64,000 bases of DNA, taken from contig NC_087245.1 in assembly GCF_037042905.1 (NCBI RefSeq), positions 18,664,001 to 18,728,000 of the forward strand. Reading direction: 5' to 3'. This document shows positions 1 through 13,800 of the stretch, one piece after another. The notes under the pieces were generated by a model. The model did not search any database. It saw only the letters and a list, made by a program, of their open reading frames with translations, and was not told the DNA's origin. The stretch comes from Lytechinus pictus (taxonomy: Eukaryota). The translations under genes and the position numbers were made by a program. Positions within the stretch are counted from its first letter, which is position 1. Each line of letters opens with the position of its first letter.

Positions 1-367
1 TATGGTGGAGAGGGTAATGAGTCTTTAAAAAGAATGGTCCAAGAGCATGATAGTCAACGTGACACTTTATTTTAATAGTACAGTGATTGGGACAGGTCGG
101 TACCCATCATGAAATTGACAGATCACTATTCACAGCTGACAATTAATAGGATCTTTTAGGGGAAAGTGACACGAAATAGGATTTTCCTCTCGAGATAGGA
201 TTTTTAAACTTGTAAAAAGTAAGATTTTTGGTTGTTTCTCAAAATCGTAGACAAAATTAGGGCTTTAGGCTTGAAAATGGGTTAAAAAGAAATCAAGAAT
301 AGTTATTTTTTTCACAATAAATGTTGGCAGTTCTCACTATTGATGAATATACTTCCTGTATGTCTAG

Positions 368-557
368 GGAACAATCCGCTTCAGTGAGGATACCAAAGCA
401 CAGGAAACGCTGGATAAGGCCAAAGCTGCCAAAGAGGGCGCTCTCCAAGTCCGAGGCTGTGAGATCACATTCCGTGTACTTGAAGGAGAAGAGGAGGAGC
501 AGCACTGGATGAAGGTGTTTGAGGATAAATCAAGGGCTAGGCTAAAGAAACAACAAG
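368..557 (+). CDS. SSB: La/SSB exon (RRM2 C-terminal half)
   Basis: tctag|GGA...CAAG|gtaat; open frame encoding FRVLEGEEE. Confidence 0.9.
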
Positions 558-1888
558 GTAATGATCTGTGTTCATGAAAAAGCAAATATGGGACAATAGA
601 TCTTTGAAGCCTTTATTCACCTCCAGAACAGCAACCACAGTAATAATGATTGGAAAATATGATGTTAATTTCATTCTATGTGAGGGATCAAACTGATAAC
701 CAAGCTCTGCATGCTTGGTTAACATTTAGAACACCATTGCTGGCCAAATAGCATCTGATAAACTGACTCGATTTATTTCTTGCGATAGAATTGCAATCTA
801 ATTCCCTCAATAATGCCAAAAGTACAACATAGTTTCATGATCAGAAAAATGAAATAAAAGCTTGGGCTATTTTAATCCTGACATGGCTCACAGAATTTAT
901 ATAGCTGGTAATAATTTTCAAAGTAACGATTCCATGTTTAAATCAGGGATTTTTTTTTGCAATTGACTATATATCATTGGGGGTTTTCTCTTATATTGTT
1001 TTCAGGGAGGAGAGGTAAAAAGCAGAAGTGGTTTGAGAAGCGAGATAACCGACGAGGAGGAGATCGAGGACATCGGGATAGGGGAGATCAACAACAGATG
1101 GGCAAGAAGACAAAGTTTGAAAGTGACGATGAGGAGGGAAATGGAAATTCAGAAGGTTTGTTTATCATGATTTGATCATAAAGGGGTATTTTTTCTTCAA
1201 AAATGTTGCTGATAATTAAAAAAATATTTTTAAACATCAAGTTCAAGTTAATATACAGGGCTCCATTCTTACAGTCTTTGCTTTTCTTGGGGCAATTCTA
1301 ATCTTTATGCATGTTTGTGCATTGTTTACTCTTGAGTTTTATGGAAAAGAAATTAATTGATATTCGTTTGTTTGTTTTTTCATTTGCTGTTTTAGAAAAT
1401 TATGTGTTTACATTAACTTCAATTTATTCACTATACCATAACATATTTGAGAACACGGTAGTGATTTCAGAATTTAATAGTAGATGTTCACACTATAAAG
1501 AAGGGCGTATGCACCATGGAGTGGGGCCTTAGATAAAAAAAAACAACTAAGTATTTGAATTGATTTAATTTTCATTAGAAATCATGTGCGATAGTGTCAC
1601 TAAGTTCTTTCTTCCTTCTGCATTATTTACTATTGTTTCATTCTTTTCATCCTTCCTCTCCTATCTAGTATGTTTAAGTACTTCCTTTTTACTCAATATT
1701 TTTTTAACCTTTTCATTACCACAATTACTAAATCCTTTCCTCATCAATTTGTTTTTCTCATCCACCTCTTCACTCCAGATGTCAAACCTGAGCAGGATGT
1801 TAAACCTGAGCAGGGTGTCAAGCGACCGGCCGACGATGGAGATGCTGGTCAACCCTCGCCCAAGAAGGAGAAAACAGAAGACTCTTAA
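368..1888 (+). CDS. SSB: Lupus La protein (La/SSB autoantigen), 3' part; coding exons 368-557, 1006-1155, 1779-1888; 5' exons lie outside the window
   Basis: Spliced translation GTIRFSEDTKAQETLDKAKAAKEGALQVRGCEITFRVLEGEEEEQHWMKVFEDK...GRRGKKQKW...GKKTKFESDDEE...GVKRPADDGDAGQPSPKKEKTEDS* resembles the end of La RRM2, the basic region, the GKKTKFxSDDE motif and the C-terminal bipartite NLS; AG/GT junctions, both introns phase 1. Confidence 0.92.
1006..1155 (+). CDS. SSB: La/SSB exon (basic region and KKTKFESDDE)
   Basis: ttttcag|GG...GAAG|gtttg; phase consistent with neighbours. Confidence 0.9.
1779..1888 (+). CDS. SSB: La/SSB last coding exon (NLS, stop TAA)
   Basis: Polypyrimidine tract plus ccag|AT; encodes (D)VKPEQDVKPEQGVKRPADDGDAGQPSPKKEKTEDS*. 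Confidence 0.88.
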
Positions 1889-3396
1889 CCTTCTGCAGTC
1901 TAAGTTGTTCAATCTTGCTGGACTTAAGTTAAATGGACAGTCCTGTGCTGCCATTTTTCAAAGACTCTTTAATCTTGTTTGGAATAGAGACACTCTTGGA
2001 GTACAGTAACAACCTGAATCCAGAAAGGATAGACTTAGCTTGGAATGCATTATGAGGGACCTTCAAGATTCAATGTACAATGGATTGGAAACCCTTCTTC
2101 TGAATGAACTTCTGACATGATGATATGCCTTCGCTACCTTAGTTTAACTAAAAAAATTATAATAATGTAGACTCTCATACCTGATTTCACCAAGGTGATT
2201 TGGTTTAATGATTTACACCTCTCTGCTTTTAAGAGTGTGCATACAGATTTCTGTCTATCAATAATTTTAATTTCAGCACACACCACATGGGTGAAAATGG
2301 GTACATATTCCCGTAAGCTTACAGAAATTTAAATCGTTATCCGTGGTTGAGAGTGCTTCGTGAATTTTGGCCATGAGAATGCAATAAGGTTGCAAGCACA
2401 GCCTCATTGTGTTTATTGGTACCTCTTGCAGGGTCTCTGTTGAACTTGATTCTGCTACCACAAATACAGAATGGCCATATTCTCAGTTCACATTTTTAGT
2501 AGAAACATTTCATATTGATTTATGTTAGCCCGTCCAGGTTAGGCACGTATCTATGAAAATTAGCCTGATGTTTCACACACATCCATGAAGCCAACTCCAG
2601 ACCAATCAAAACCATACATTATTTTCAATGACATACCATCTGTCGGTTTAGAGTTTGTTATGTTGGTTTGAATGCAGCATTTATTCCTCACTAGTGAAGT
2701 CCATCTTTAAATGTATCACATTCACAGTTCATTTAGAATAACCCGATTGAGGTAAGCCTTCTTTTGTGAACTAATTTCATCACCGTTATCAGACTTAACG
2801 CCCCTTTTTTGTTTTCCTGTAGCAGGTTCATAATTTCATTAATTCTGTACTACCTTGGTTTACCTCAATCCCAACAAAATAAACTATGAAGTAGAAAAAA
2901 TAGAATGAAATAATACACATTATATAACAAACAGGCCTTATTTTTCTTCTTGTTTCTGTTTTGTTAATGCATTTGATTCCTTATGTTTGTCAAGAAAAAC
3001 AAAATGTTTAATTGGGACGTGTATAATTTTGTATTTAATTTTTGGCTCCCATTTCATAAAGCCTTACTGTTTTGTAACTCTGCCTTTGTGATAAATACCA
3101 TGGAAATCTTGATTTTTGATTGGGTGCTGAGCCCTGTTACCATGGTAGTTTCTATGACAACAAAGTTACCATGAAATAGGCCCCTGGTAGACATGTATAC
3201 TGACATATGTTCTTAGATGGGTTGCAAGTATTAGAGATAAAATTGCAGCTAAATTATTACAGAACTATCACAACAATTTCTTTATGAAGTTCATGTGATA
3301 TGCTTTTTAAATACAGACATTGCCATGGGAGTTTTATTGGAGACCGATTCCAACTGTCAAATGAGCAGCGAACACCCTATGGTAAAATGATTTTAT

Positions 3397-3402
3397 AATA
3401 AA
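3397..3402 (+). terminator. Candidate polyadenylation signal of La/SSB
   Basis: AATAAA followed 20-45 nt later by GT- and T-rich sequence; alternative AATAAA at about 2878 and 4073. Confidence 0.4.
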
Positions 3403-4837
3403 ATGTAAATTTGCAATTGCTTGTGTGACACGAGTGTTTTTTTTTTCTTCTGTAGCCCATTGAAATTATCAGAAGTGCTGAAACATATGGACCTTTTTTT
3501 CATGTTTGTTTTATACATAGACAATGTATTTTTAATATGACCACAAAAAAGCATTTAGCAACCAGAGGACTTAATGCTTTAGGCCCACTCCAAGGGCCCT
3601 TGGGGCCATTTCATGTACCTATTTGTAAGTTTTGTAGGACTCTTTGCATGACACACAGGGATTCCTTTCTTGTGCTAAATTAGATACTCCAACTCTTTGT
3701 TGAAACAAATCTTGACAAATGATAAACTTTGCAGTCGGATGCTTTATAACAAGAATTTTAATCGAAAAAAAATAATTTGAACTTGAGCACAAATTATCCC
3801 AAGGATACAGTTGATCTGGAGTGATCGCATTGCCTTTTGGGTCCTGTTACATAAATCTTAGCATTGATATCAATGGTTAACTTCAGTTGAATCATTGATT
3901 TTGATTGACTGTTTAGCAGAGTTGCTATTAAAGTTGCCATTTTGGCAGAGTAATTCCTTTAATTGAAAATTTCATGCAATGGAGTCACATGTACGCCATT
4001 TTGTAAGAACTAAATGTCAAATGTTTTTTTTATCAAATTTGGCACTTTTACTCCCATTCTTGACTCTTTATTAATAAAAAATTCATGGGCAAATTTTCAC
4101 AACTAACTGCCTATTAAAATCTGCAAAATTTCATTGAATGGGGATTTCAAGGGCTCCTTTTTTTATAGTTTCCAGAGCTCTTTTGAGCATTTTGGGGGCT
4201 AAATCCCCCCCCCCCCCCATCCCCATCTAAGTGTTTCCCTGCTGCTGAATATATTTGCTTCAGTATAACAATTTATGTTCATTTCAACTGCTTTACATCA
4301 TTCCTTATGATCTTGTATCTCTTCCTTGATAAGTCCTATTCCAATTTCAGAATTTGGCACTTCACAACAAAGTAGCCACAATACATGTTAATCTATAATG
4401 TAATGTGCAACATTTAATGCTCAATTTCACCATATATTATCTGCCAACATTACACCAAAAGCATGATTACTATTAAGTGTAGCACTTACAAAAACATAAC
4501 AGAAACTTCAATATACAATAAGTATCAAATATAATTGCACATAATTATTTAAATGATTTTTTATTTGTTACACAAAATCAAATATTTTCTATATACATGA
4601 AAAATATTAACAACACAATTTAAATGAAAGATGTTGAAAATATAACATATATTACTTGAATATATAACATACATTTCTCAAGAGAAACAATTTTGTGGGT
4701 CTATGAAAACTCGTTGAAACCAATATAGATTGAATCTCTTTGGAGTGCTGAAATTGATATAAAACATAATTTTAATTGAAACGCATAAAGTCTGTACAGT
4801 ATGGAACACTTCACTTAATCTCGAGTGCATTTTGAGA

Positions 4838-5138
4838 GAAGTGTGACGTCATCAAATTTCCATTTTTGCATGTGAATGTTTTTTATACCATACCTTGGTA
4901 AGCATGATGAAAAACCAGCACAACCAAAATTTGGTGGGAATCGGTCCATGGGGCCCCCAAAAAAATGACCTCATGAATAAATAATTAGCCCCACTGAAGT
5001 CGATGTATTTATGAGGTCAGATCTAAGGCCCCCATGGACAGATTCCCACAAAATTTAGGTAGGATTTTTCATCATGCTCTACCAAAATATGGTATCAAAA
5101 ACGCTGAAACGCAAAAAGAGTTTTGTGACATCACTTCG
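4838..5138. mobile_element. Foldback/MITE-like inverted repeat between the two convergent 3' ends
   Basis: Diverged arms of about 145 bp (gaagtgtgacgtca...gcatgatgaaaa...gtgggaatcggtccatgggg / cccccatggacagattcccac...ttttcatcatgc...gtgacatcacttc). Confidence 0.6.
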
Positions 5139-7005
5139 GTACTCTATCTATAGATATTCATTAACAAACTGGATAGTGAAGTTTATGTAAAAAAAGTCCC
5201 TTGGTGCACAGCATGTGCAACAAGAAATAAAAACCCTATCCAACCTAGACAGAAAGCCTGCAATAAACAATTTCATTTACCAAGTACAAAGCCCTGTTTA
5301 CATATATCCCCTACCCCCCCCCCCCATACCAATCATCCCAGCAATTACTATAAATAGAAGCGATGAACAATTGCTACATTTTAGAACTATGGATGAACAA
5401 TATCTACACTAAAATTGCATATACCCCTACTAAAGCAACTATGATTTGAGCCAGCATATACCTTACGATAAATGTATCTCCTAAATTGATGGCAGAAGAA
5501 ACAAAAATATGAATGTTGACATACAGCATATTTCTACAGTCATGTAATATATCACCCTACCGTTTGCTCCACCTCCTTCCCAATAAACCACTGCACGGTG
5601 AAAATAAAACATGGTTAGCACTTCAAAGACGGCCTGTAACATAGGCCTGACAGTTGGGAGCTGACTGCAGTGGACAGAACAAAGTTGCTTTCAGCGGTCC
5701 ACGAAGGCCAATTCATATGAGGCAGACAGAATCACTGCAGTTGGGTAGAAGCAGTGCCATCAAGTCCCCGACAGCTACTACCATCCAATCCAAACTGTGT
5801 CAGAACCTTCCGGGCATGGATTGGTCTGACAAGCCAACTGGGCAATGCTCACCCTTAGAGCTCAACCCACCCATCTACACCCAGGTTGACTAGCTGGTCC
5901 TCTTTGATCTCAATGGATGAAGGTCTAGTGGAAAATAATCTTAATACCTGCACATGTAAATTTATGCCTACAGTGAACTTTCTTGCAATTTAGGGTGATA
6001 ATTCAGGCAAGCAAAGTTACAGGTTAATACACTTGCCATATGAAAAAACTTCACTGAGAGTAAATAATACAAAAATAAGGTTTACCTTGATATATCATCC
6101 ATAAATATAAGCTTCCAGTATATACCTTTCAGCACATGAATATCATGAAACCTTTTACCAATAGGTTTGTTTTCTCAATATTTCACGGCCAATATAGTGG
6201 CTTCGATGTAAATTTTGCTCTTTCAATTTTTATTTTTTATTTCAATTTCACTTGATGCTAAGATAACAGCATAGATATGCAATCTATCTAGACAGTGTAT
6301 AATAAAATTGCTTTCTCTTGAATATATAATTTGGCAGTTTAAATGTGAGATCCATCACATTTTATTAATTAGAAAAAAAATATCATCAGTGACAATGCAA
6401 GCAAATGAAATTCCTACTTAATGCCATGTGTGAGTTGTAATAAGAAAAATTTCATTCACCTACGATGTGTAAAAGCTGAGCAACAGTTTTCACAATGTTC
6501 AGACGCAGTGAGACATCGCCCAAACCATTCTAGTAAACATGAATTATACACTTCAAGTCTTCAAAAAAGTCTGAAGTTATGCAGACTAACTCATGACATC
6601 ATAATGACCCTCATTTTGACGGTGTCTAAATCATTGGTCTTTCATTGTTACAGTAGTCATTTTAAATAATGTCACAATATCTGGCCGACTCAACACAGAA
6701 AATTATTCTGCCATAATTTGCCTACAGATGAAACATTTGAGGGTACCTCATTTCCAACTGATTTTGTACACATAAATTCTGCTAAGCTTTGTTGTGCTAA
6801 GTCTGAACAAGCCTTTATTGACAAAAAAGATGATGGTTTTATACTAAAAAGATGAACATTACAAAAATGAGCAGTGACATTTGGTTACAGATATTCCAGT
6901 TTCAATATGTAAGCATAGCAATCGCATGCATTTGCTAATTAAATAACATAAATACAACACTTTGAGACGATTGCCTTTTATATTGCAACAGTTTATTTGA
7001 CAGGA

Positions 7006-7814
7006 TCACGACTGTTTTGGTTCTGAGCTTTTGCTCTTCATTGACCACATAGGATCCAGGCCACTGAAGGGATCATCAGGATCAGACTTGTCAATGCTGT
7101 CCTTGAGCCCTCCCTTCCCTTCCAAGAAATCAGCCTTGGACACCTTCTGTTTGGTCTGACCTTTCTCCTTCATGGAGAAGTTCTGAGGGGTAAGATCGGC
7201 CAAGATGGACGGAAGCGACGAACTTGGTCCTTCCATTGATCCGGATCCTTCCGAAATGTTGTCCCCTGTGTCCTGTTTGGTGCTGGATTCAACAACATCC
7301 GGTGCTACAAAGTTCTGCAGCGTTTGGGAGAAGACCTCAAGGTTATTGGCCTGAAGCTGGTCAAGGGATTTTGGCTTGTGGCCAGAATGGGCCGGAGAGG
7401 ACGTGAAGGAACTGATCCCTGATGGAGTACTGCTGCCCGTGTTACTGAGCAAGCCTTGGGTGGAGTTACTAGAAGGATCCTGGAGGCTGTCTCCTGTAAT
7501 CTGGTCTGGGATACCCTGGAATACTATGTCTCCATCCACCTTGTCCCTTGTCTCCTGCTGGTCATTACCATCTTGTTCATTGGACCTTGCAGGTGCTGCA
7601 TTCTCTACTTCAACACCCTCAGTTGGGACAACCTCTTCCTGTACTGTTTCAGCAGCGGGAGGCTGGTTGGGCTTGACACTAAACTTGGAGATGCGAGAGA
7701 TGAGGGTGTCTACATTGTCTGTTCCCATGATAACATCAAAAGAGTTGAGCCTCGAGGGTGCAAGTTTGGCGTCAAGGGGAGAGGCAGCTGCTACACTCTT
7801 TGTAGCTACTCCAC
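7006..7814 (-). CDS. PTPN23: PTPN23 exon 23 (C-terminal tail, stop TGA)
   Basis: Open frame to KVSKADFLE...DPDDPFSGLDPMWSMKSKSSEPKQS*. Confidence 0.92.
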
Positions 7815-10800
7815 CTAAACAGAATAAAAAGAGTGTTCTTCAAAAGGTCAGTAGAAAACACACAGTACCATCACTGAATTGAAGGTTTGAGCTATCAGTA
7901 ATTAACTAAACCTTTGCATATTGATTTTTTTTCTTCATAATCATTGATATCAGTAATTACTTTATAGGTATTTCCAAATTTTATCTTGGCAATTCTTGTG
8001 CAAATGGAAGAGGGTCCCCAGCCTGTTCTCAACTAAGCCCCTCTTCTTCCCTAAATCTGCCAATACCTTCAGCTCTAAATACCTGTTTTTTCAGGAGAAT
8101 GGTACAAATCCATTAACACCAAGTAATAAATACTGGAAAGGAATGCAGGGTATTTGGTGATGAAACATGAGAAAAAAATATAATTATTTCAATACTCACG
8201 TTTTGCCAGAGCATGATGAGCATAACACAGAATGGCATCATAGCTAAACTTGAGTTGTTCCTGTGAATGAAAATAATACAGATCAATGAGAATTATGTAC
8301 ATGTATGAACACATTGATTAGATAAAATGTGAATGCTTGCTTCTGCAGAAGTAAGCTATAAAGCTCAACGATCATCTTGTCCAATAAAAAGAACTTTATG
8401 AATTTAAGCTCATAAAGGAACAATGGGTCTTAATATATGATTTCTGTATTATAAAAAATCTCATTTTTATGGGAAAAAAATACTTCACAATAATCTTGAA
8501 TTCACAAATGCATCAATCCAAAAATTGACATTCTGTATTCAAACAAGTGATTCAAATGGGAATAATGGTTCTTTTTGGGTCATAACCAAAATATTTCTTC
8601 TGACAATGGCTTTTTACTAATTCCACTTTTCAAATCACCAATACCTGATAAAGCAATGCACACACTTCTACATTGGCAAGTGCACTGACCCTTAATCCAA
8701 AATTACTATTCTGTTATGTTAAAACCAATCATGTAGACTAAAAATACTGGACTTTTTCCCATTTCTCATTTTATTTTAGAAATAATGATAGAATATGGCC
8801 AGTACGTTACCTTCTCTGTCACCATCCATTTCCTCTGTAGTCGTAGCTTCTTGACTATCTGGGGTATATCAGTGATCCCGTGGCCTTCGTTGATTTCCCG
8901 AGCAGCAGTGTAGACTAAACAGAAGACACCAGTTCTGTCAATACCAGCACTGTTGTGACAAGCAACATGGCACATCAATTCTTAAAGTGAATATTAACAA
9001 TTCTAAAGTGTAATTCATAGAGCATCAAAACCGGTGTGTTGGCTCAGTTGGTAGAGCATCCGTCTCACAACCAGGAGGTCAGAGTTCAAACCTCGGCCGC
9101 GTCAGACCAAAAGACGTTAAAAGATGGGAGTTGCTGCTACCCTGTTTGGCATTCAACATTTAACGGTTAGAGCCTCGTTGATCTGGCGCTGCACAGTGGC
9201 TGCCAGGCCCACGATCAATTGAGCAAAATGAACTTTCTGAATATTTCTATTCTCAGATTTCTATTCTGAACAACAAAACATGGATTTTCATGGATTTCAT
9301 AGAAAAAGAGGGTACAGATATGCAATACAGGCAAGTCACATCTAAGTCACACCCGCATTGGCTCCACAGAAGTTTACAGAAGTTTGTTCAATTTAGAGAA
9401 GAACACATTTGTATAATATGGTTTGAAGAATTTTTGATGGGGGTGATTATTCTACCTACAGGGGTCAACTTAGGCATGTTTAACTGTGCATAAACAAACA
9501 GTGAAAAGGGAAGACAAACGGACATAAAATTAGGTCTTACAAACATGTGAGATGAGTAGAGGTCAATTAAAACAAAAGAAAACAAATTAATATGATAATC
9601 TCCTATATTATCCATCAATATGTAACAAAAGGAATTTTCTTCCTATGAGCAGAGATGCCTCTGGTCATGAAACATTTATTAGTCTTGTGATTCAGAACTT
9701 AATTCCATCCCTCCCTTATCAGCCAACAAACACTCCACTTTATGACAAATCACTGTCATTTGCAAACAAATAAGACCATTATTCAAAAATTCAATTAACT
9801 ACAAATAAAAACTTGCGTTTCAACTCTTTTCTCCACTCTCTTGTTTCTTTTGACCAAATAACCTTCATTCCCAATCCCATCAAGATTTCGCAGACATCCA
9901 AACATTTCTCTTTCCCTCTTCTTTCTATCCTATCCAACACATGTCATAATAATAAAAGTCCAATATCTCACTGTATAATACGACCAAACTATCCTAGACT
10001 ATAGTGTACTGTAAAAGTGGAAATTTTCGCGGATTTCGCGGCAAGATCGGCGAGCGCGAATTTAAAAACACGCAAATTTATGAGCATCTATATTAATGCA
10101 AGTTTTGAACCGCGGTTCATTTGCGTGTATCGTTTTGGCAAAGAGATTGCATAATTTGACCTATAGAGGGCGGCATTCAAGCAAGCAAGCTTGAGCTCCA
10201 AAATCATATGCATCACGAGAATTTGTTCCAAAGCAATGCGATAATTTTTTAATAGTCGCAAATCGGTATTTAAATTAGGATTTTGGTTGAAATATAGATT
10301 GCTTTTGCTGTTTGATTGGTGAGTGTTTAGATCTGTTTAGTTTTTAAGAAGACTTTGGGTCGATCGCCATGTTTCCTGATTGATCCCATGCACTTTGAAT
10401 AGCCGTAATCCCCGGTCCTTACCCGGTGCTCGGCCGTCCATACCAGGCCAGCAGCGCCTCCGTTTTTGCCTTCCCCGATGTCCGCCCAGCAAAGAAAAGT
10501 TGCGCTAAATGTCACAAAAGCTCATGATTGAATCAAAACAATGCTGAATTATGCCACTTTAGAGCTAGAGTTATGATCAGAAAATACAATTTCGTTGCTG
10601 AAATGTTAATTAAAACCATTCACAGATGGGCAAGATTCGCAAGAAGGAAGTGACTTTGTGATTATGGAGTGTGCAGCGCGAATTCAAGAACCCGCGAATA
10701 TGTTTTGAAGTCGTCAAGCGCGAAAAATTAATCCCGCGAAAATAACAGCGTTTACAGTATGTTGCTCACCTGCAATGAACCACAATGGGGATCTGTGTCT

Positions 10801-13800
10801 TGCGTTGTTGAGAATGGTAACTCTGGACTTCATCAATGAACTGCAGCAGTACTCCAGGGCTACTTGGAACTCCACTAGAAAATGACACAGAAGAATCACT
10901 TACAAGCACATACCTAAGACTAACTTACTGAATTTCAGAATCCTTTCACTTCTTACCCTCCCATTTCTGTGCAGACATAGGGATAAGGGAGTTACAATTA
11001 CAAGGGAAAAGACCCCCAGAGTGAAATTCATTCAAAAGGATGTTGTCAAAAGTCCTTCTGATTGTTAGTAAGGCAACTTTCAATATGATGCATCAACATA
11101 ATGAAACTAGAGTATTAAATCAAGATTAGTACCCCATTTATTTCTTAGATAGAACTTACACACCCCAAAAGAAATTGGAATTACTACAGATGGAGTCATG
11201 AGATCATGAGTTCCATTTGCATACAAAAAGAAAAGGTGGAGAGGAGACACCATCTTCGCAGTCATTGTAATGCAAAGATATATATATATTTTTACAAAAA
11301 TATTATGAACATTTTGCGCAATGAGATTTGAAACAACTTACAACTCAGGCCAGGCAGTGAACTGTAGGTGTGTGATGGTTCTCATCTGTCTAGTGGGTAG
11401 ATGGGTTAGATGGATAATCCTCTCTACATGGTAGTCTGTTGTTCGCTTTGATTGTAAGCTGATAGAGATGTCACCAAATTTCTGGGCAGGACCTTTATCC
11501 TCTGGCCAATAGCCGATGAAGCTTGTTGAACCCTGTGGTGAATAGAATAAATGCATTTTATAGTTTGGCATATTATGGTGAGCTTACAAACACGACAGTC
11601 CAGAAAGGTTGTTTGATATTTATGGTTTGACAAAGAATTATTTTGCTCTAATACTTATTTAAAAAATTACGCTCATTTCGTCATCATAATTGTCATCATC
11701 ACACCCATCATTCTCATTATCATCAGCATCCTCAACACTATCATCATCATCATCATCATCATCACTATCATCATCATTATATTTGCATTAAACCCCCTTT
11801 ATCAGTAAACAATTCATGAGCACAAATTTAAGTTAAATCTTCAGTCTTTTTTCCCTCAATATTCCTACAACTTAAACAAAAGCTACATGTAATTTCCCCT
11901 TTTCCTAATCACTCACCTTTCCTGTAGTTGGTTTTGAGAGCAGCATGACAATGAGTGAAGCCTGCTGCTCATACACCATCAACCAGAAATCACTCAGGGA
12001 TGGTTGAAGAGGGGCTTGGGTTGCTATGAAACAAGGACTGGTTGCAACAACATCTTTGACAAAACTAGCATTGATGTAGTCATCCCTGGTGCCTCGAAGA
12101 CACACCCTGTTATGGTCATCTGGTATCAACAGTATGAAATACCATTTACAATTTCATTCACAATAAACTTTTGAACAATCCATAAATAAACGTTACAAAA
12201 GTATGACAGTATACTACTTTATTTCATCAGCAGTAGGATTATCATCCTTGAAAACTAATTTGACGTGTACAATACTAAAATAGAAAACATTATCATGCTA
12301 AAAAACTAATTCTTTATTACATCATTTTGCTGCCAATAGCAAGAGGAAAGATATTTATTTTAAACAAGTGGAACGCCTCTGGCAGTCTCGCCTGCATTAC
12401 GCAATTTAATATAGCAGCAGTGCTAACTTTGAAAACTACTATAAAATAATCATTCACAAAAACATAATTCATATAATGACATAATACCACGTTCATTGAC
12501 CATAAATGACATTTGAACGGAGACTTAAGACTGTCAACTACACCCATGTCCACATTTCATTCACTCTATCCATAAACTTTCAAAGTTATGATGGCACTTC
12601 AACAATTACCCCAACATGGCCTAAGTTTATTGACCTTAACTGACCTTTGACTTGGTTTTGTGACCTGAAACTCACAGGGGATGCTCAGTGATGCTTGATT
12701 ACTCTTATATCCCAAGTTTTATGAACTAGATCCATAAACTTTCACAGTTAGGATGGTAATTCAACAAATACCCCCAACACGGCCAAAGTTCATTGACCTT
12801 TAATGACCTTTGACCATGGTCATGTGACCTGAAACTCGCACAGGATGTTCAGTGATACTTGATTACTCTTATGTCCAAGTTTTATGAACTAGATCCATAA
12901 ACTTTCAGAGCCAAGATTATGTTTACAGAAATGTTTTCATTATGACTATTAACAATAAACATCTCTTTCTTTCCTGTATTTTTTATAAGCTATTAAATTC
13001 TAGACAAGGCCGCAATATATCGTCAAGCAGGCCATGTTCTAAGAAGATCCAAGGCTATAAAAAACAAGAGTTTCTTACAAGGCATGATGTCTGGATGTCT
13101 GTTCTTTACAGAGTAACAACGAGCGATGGCAATGGAAAACTGACGTGTCTCTCGGTCCTGATAATCAGTCAGATCCTATTATGATAACAATAGCAGAGAT
13201 AATAAAACATTTAGGTGTGAGGAACGCACATGGGCGGAATTCCCAGGGGGACAGGGGGGACGCGTCCCCCCTACTCAAAATAGTAGGGGGGACAATACTT
13301 CATTCAAAATCGAAATAAAACATGTATTTTGGTCGAAATGACCTTACATTTGGGGTGATACCCTCTGTTTTTTGTTTTTTTTGCTTGTCAATTTTTCCAG
13401 CCCCTTGTCCCCCTACCTTTTGGGAGAGATTTCTGCCCCTGGGAATACACACACAGCAGCAACACCAATAAGGGAAACGATTAATGCAAATAAAACAAAT
13501 GACAATCTGTTAATAGTACTTCTGTCAGACACCTTTTCAGTATTTGGTCAGGAAATGACATATGTAAAAATAAGTATAGTAGGTTTCACAGAACACCATG
13601 TATCTTTCTTGGGCAAATGTTGGCCCTGAAAAGGACCATCAAAATAAAAACTCCATTTGCCCAAGAAAGATACATGGTGTTCCATGAAACCTCCTACACT
13701 ATTCTTCTTTGCCATGGAAACCTTCAGTTACATGTAAAAATTACTTTTGCGATGTTCATACAAAATTATTCATGTACAGAATGGGGATTGGTGAAAAGCA

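Noticed and set aside
7224..7882. + strand ORFs of 60-168 aa
   Set aside because: Antisense shadows of PTPN23 exon 23 with no recognisable motifs
9030..9110. tRNA gene (Val-CAC-like anticodon loop)
   Set aside because: Stems pair poorly and the head continues into a SINE body with no immediate oligo-T terminator
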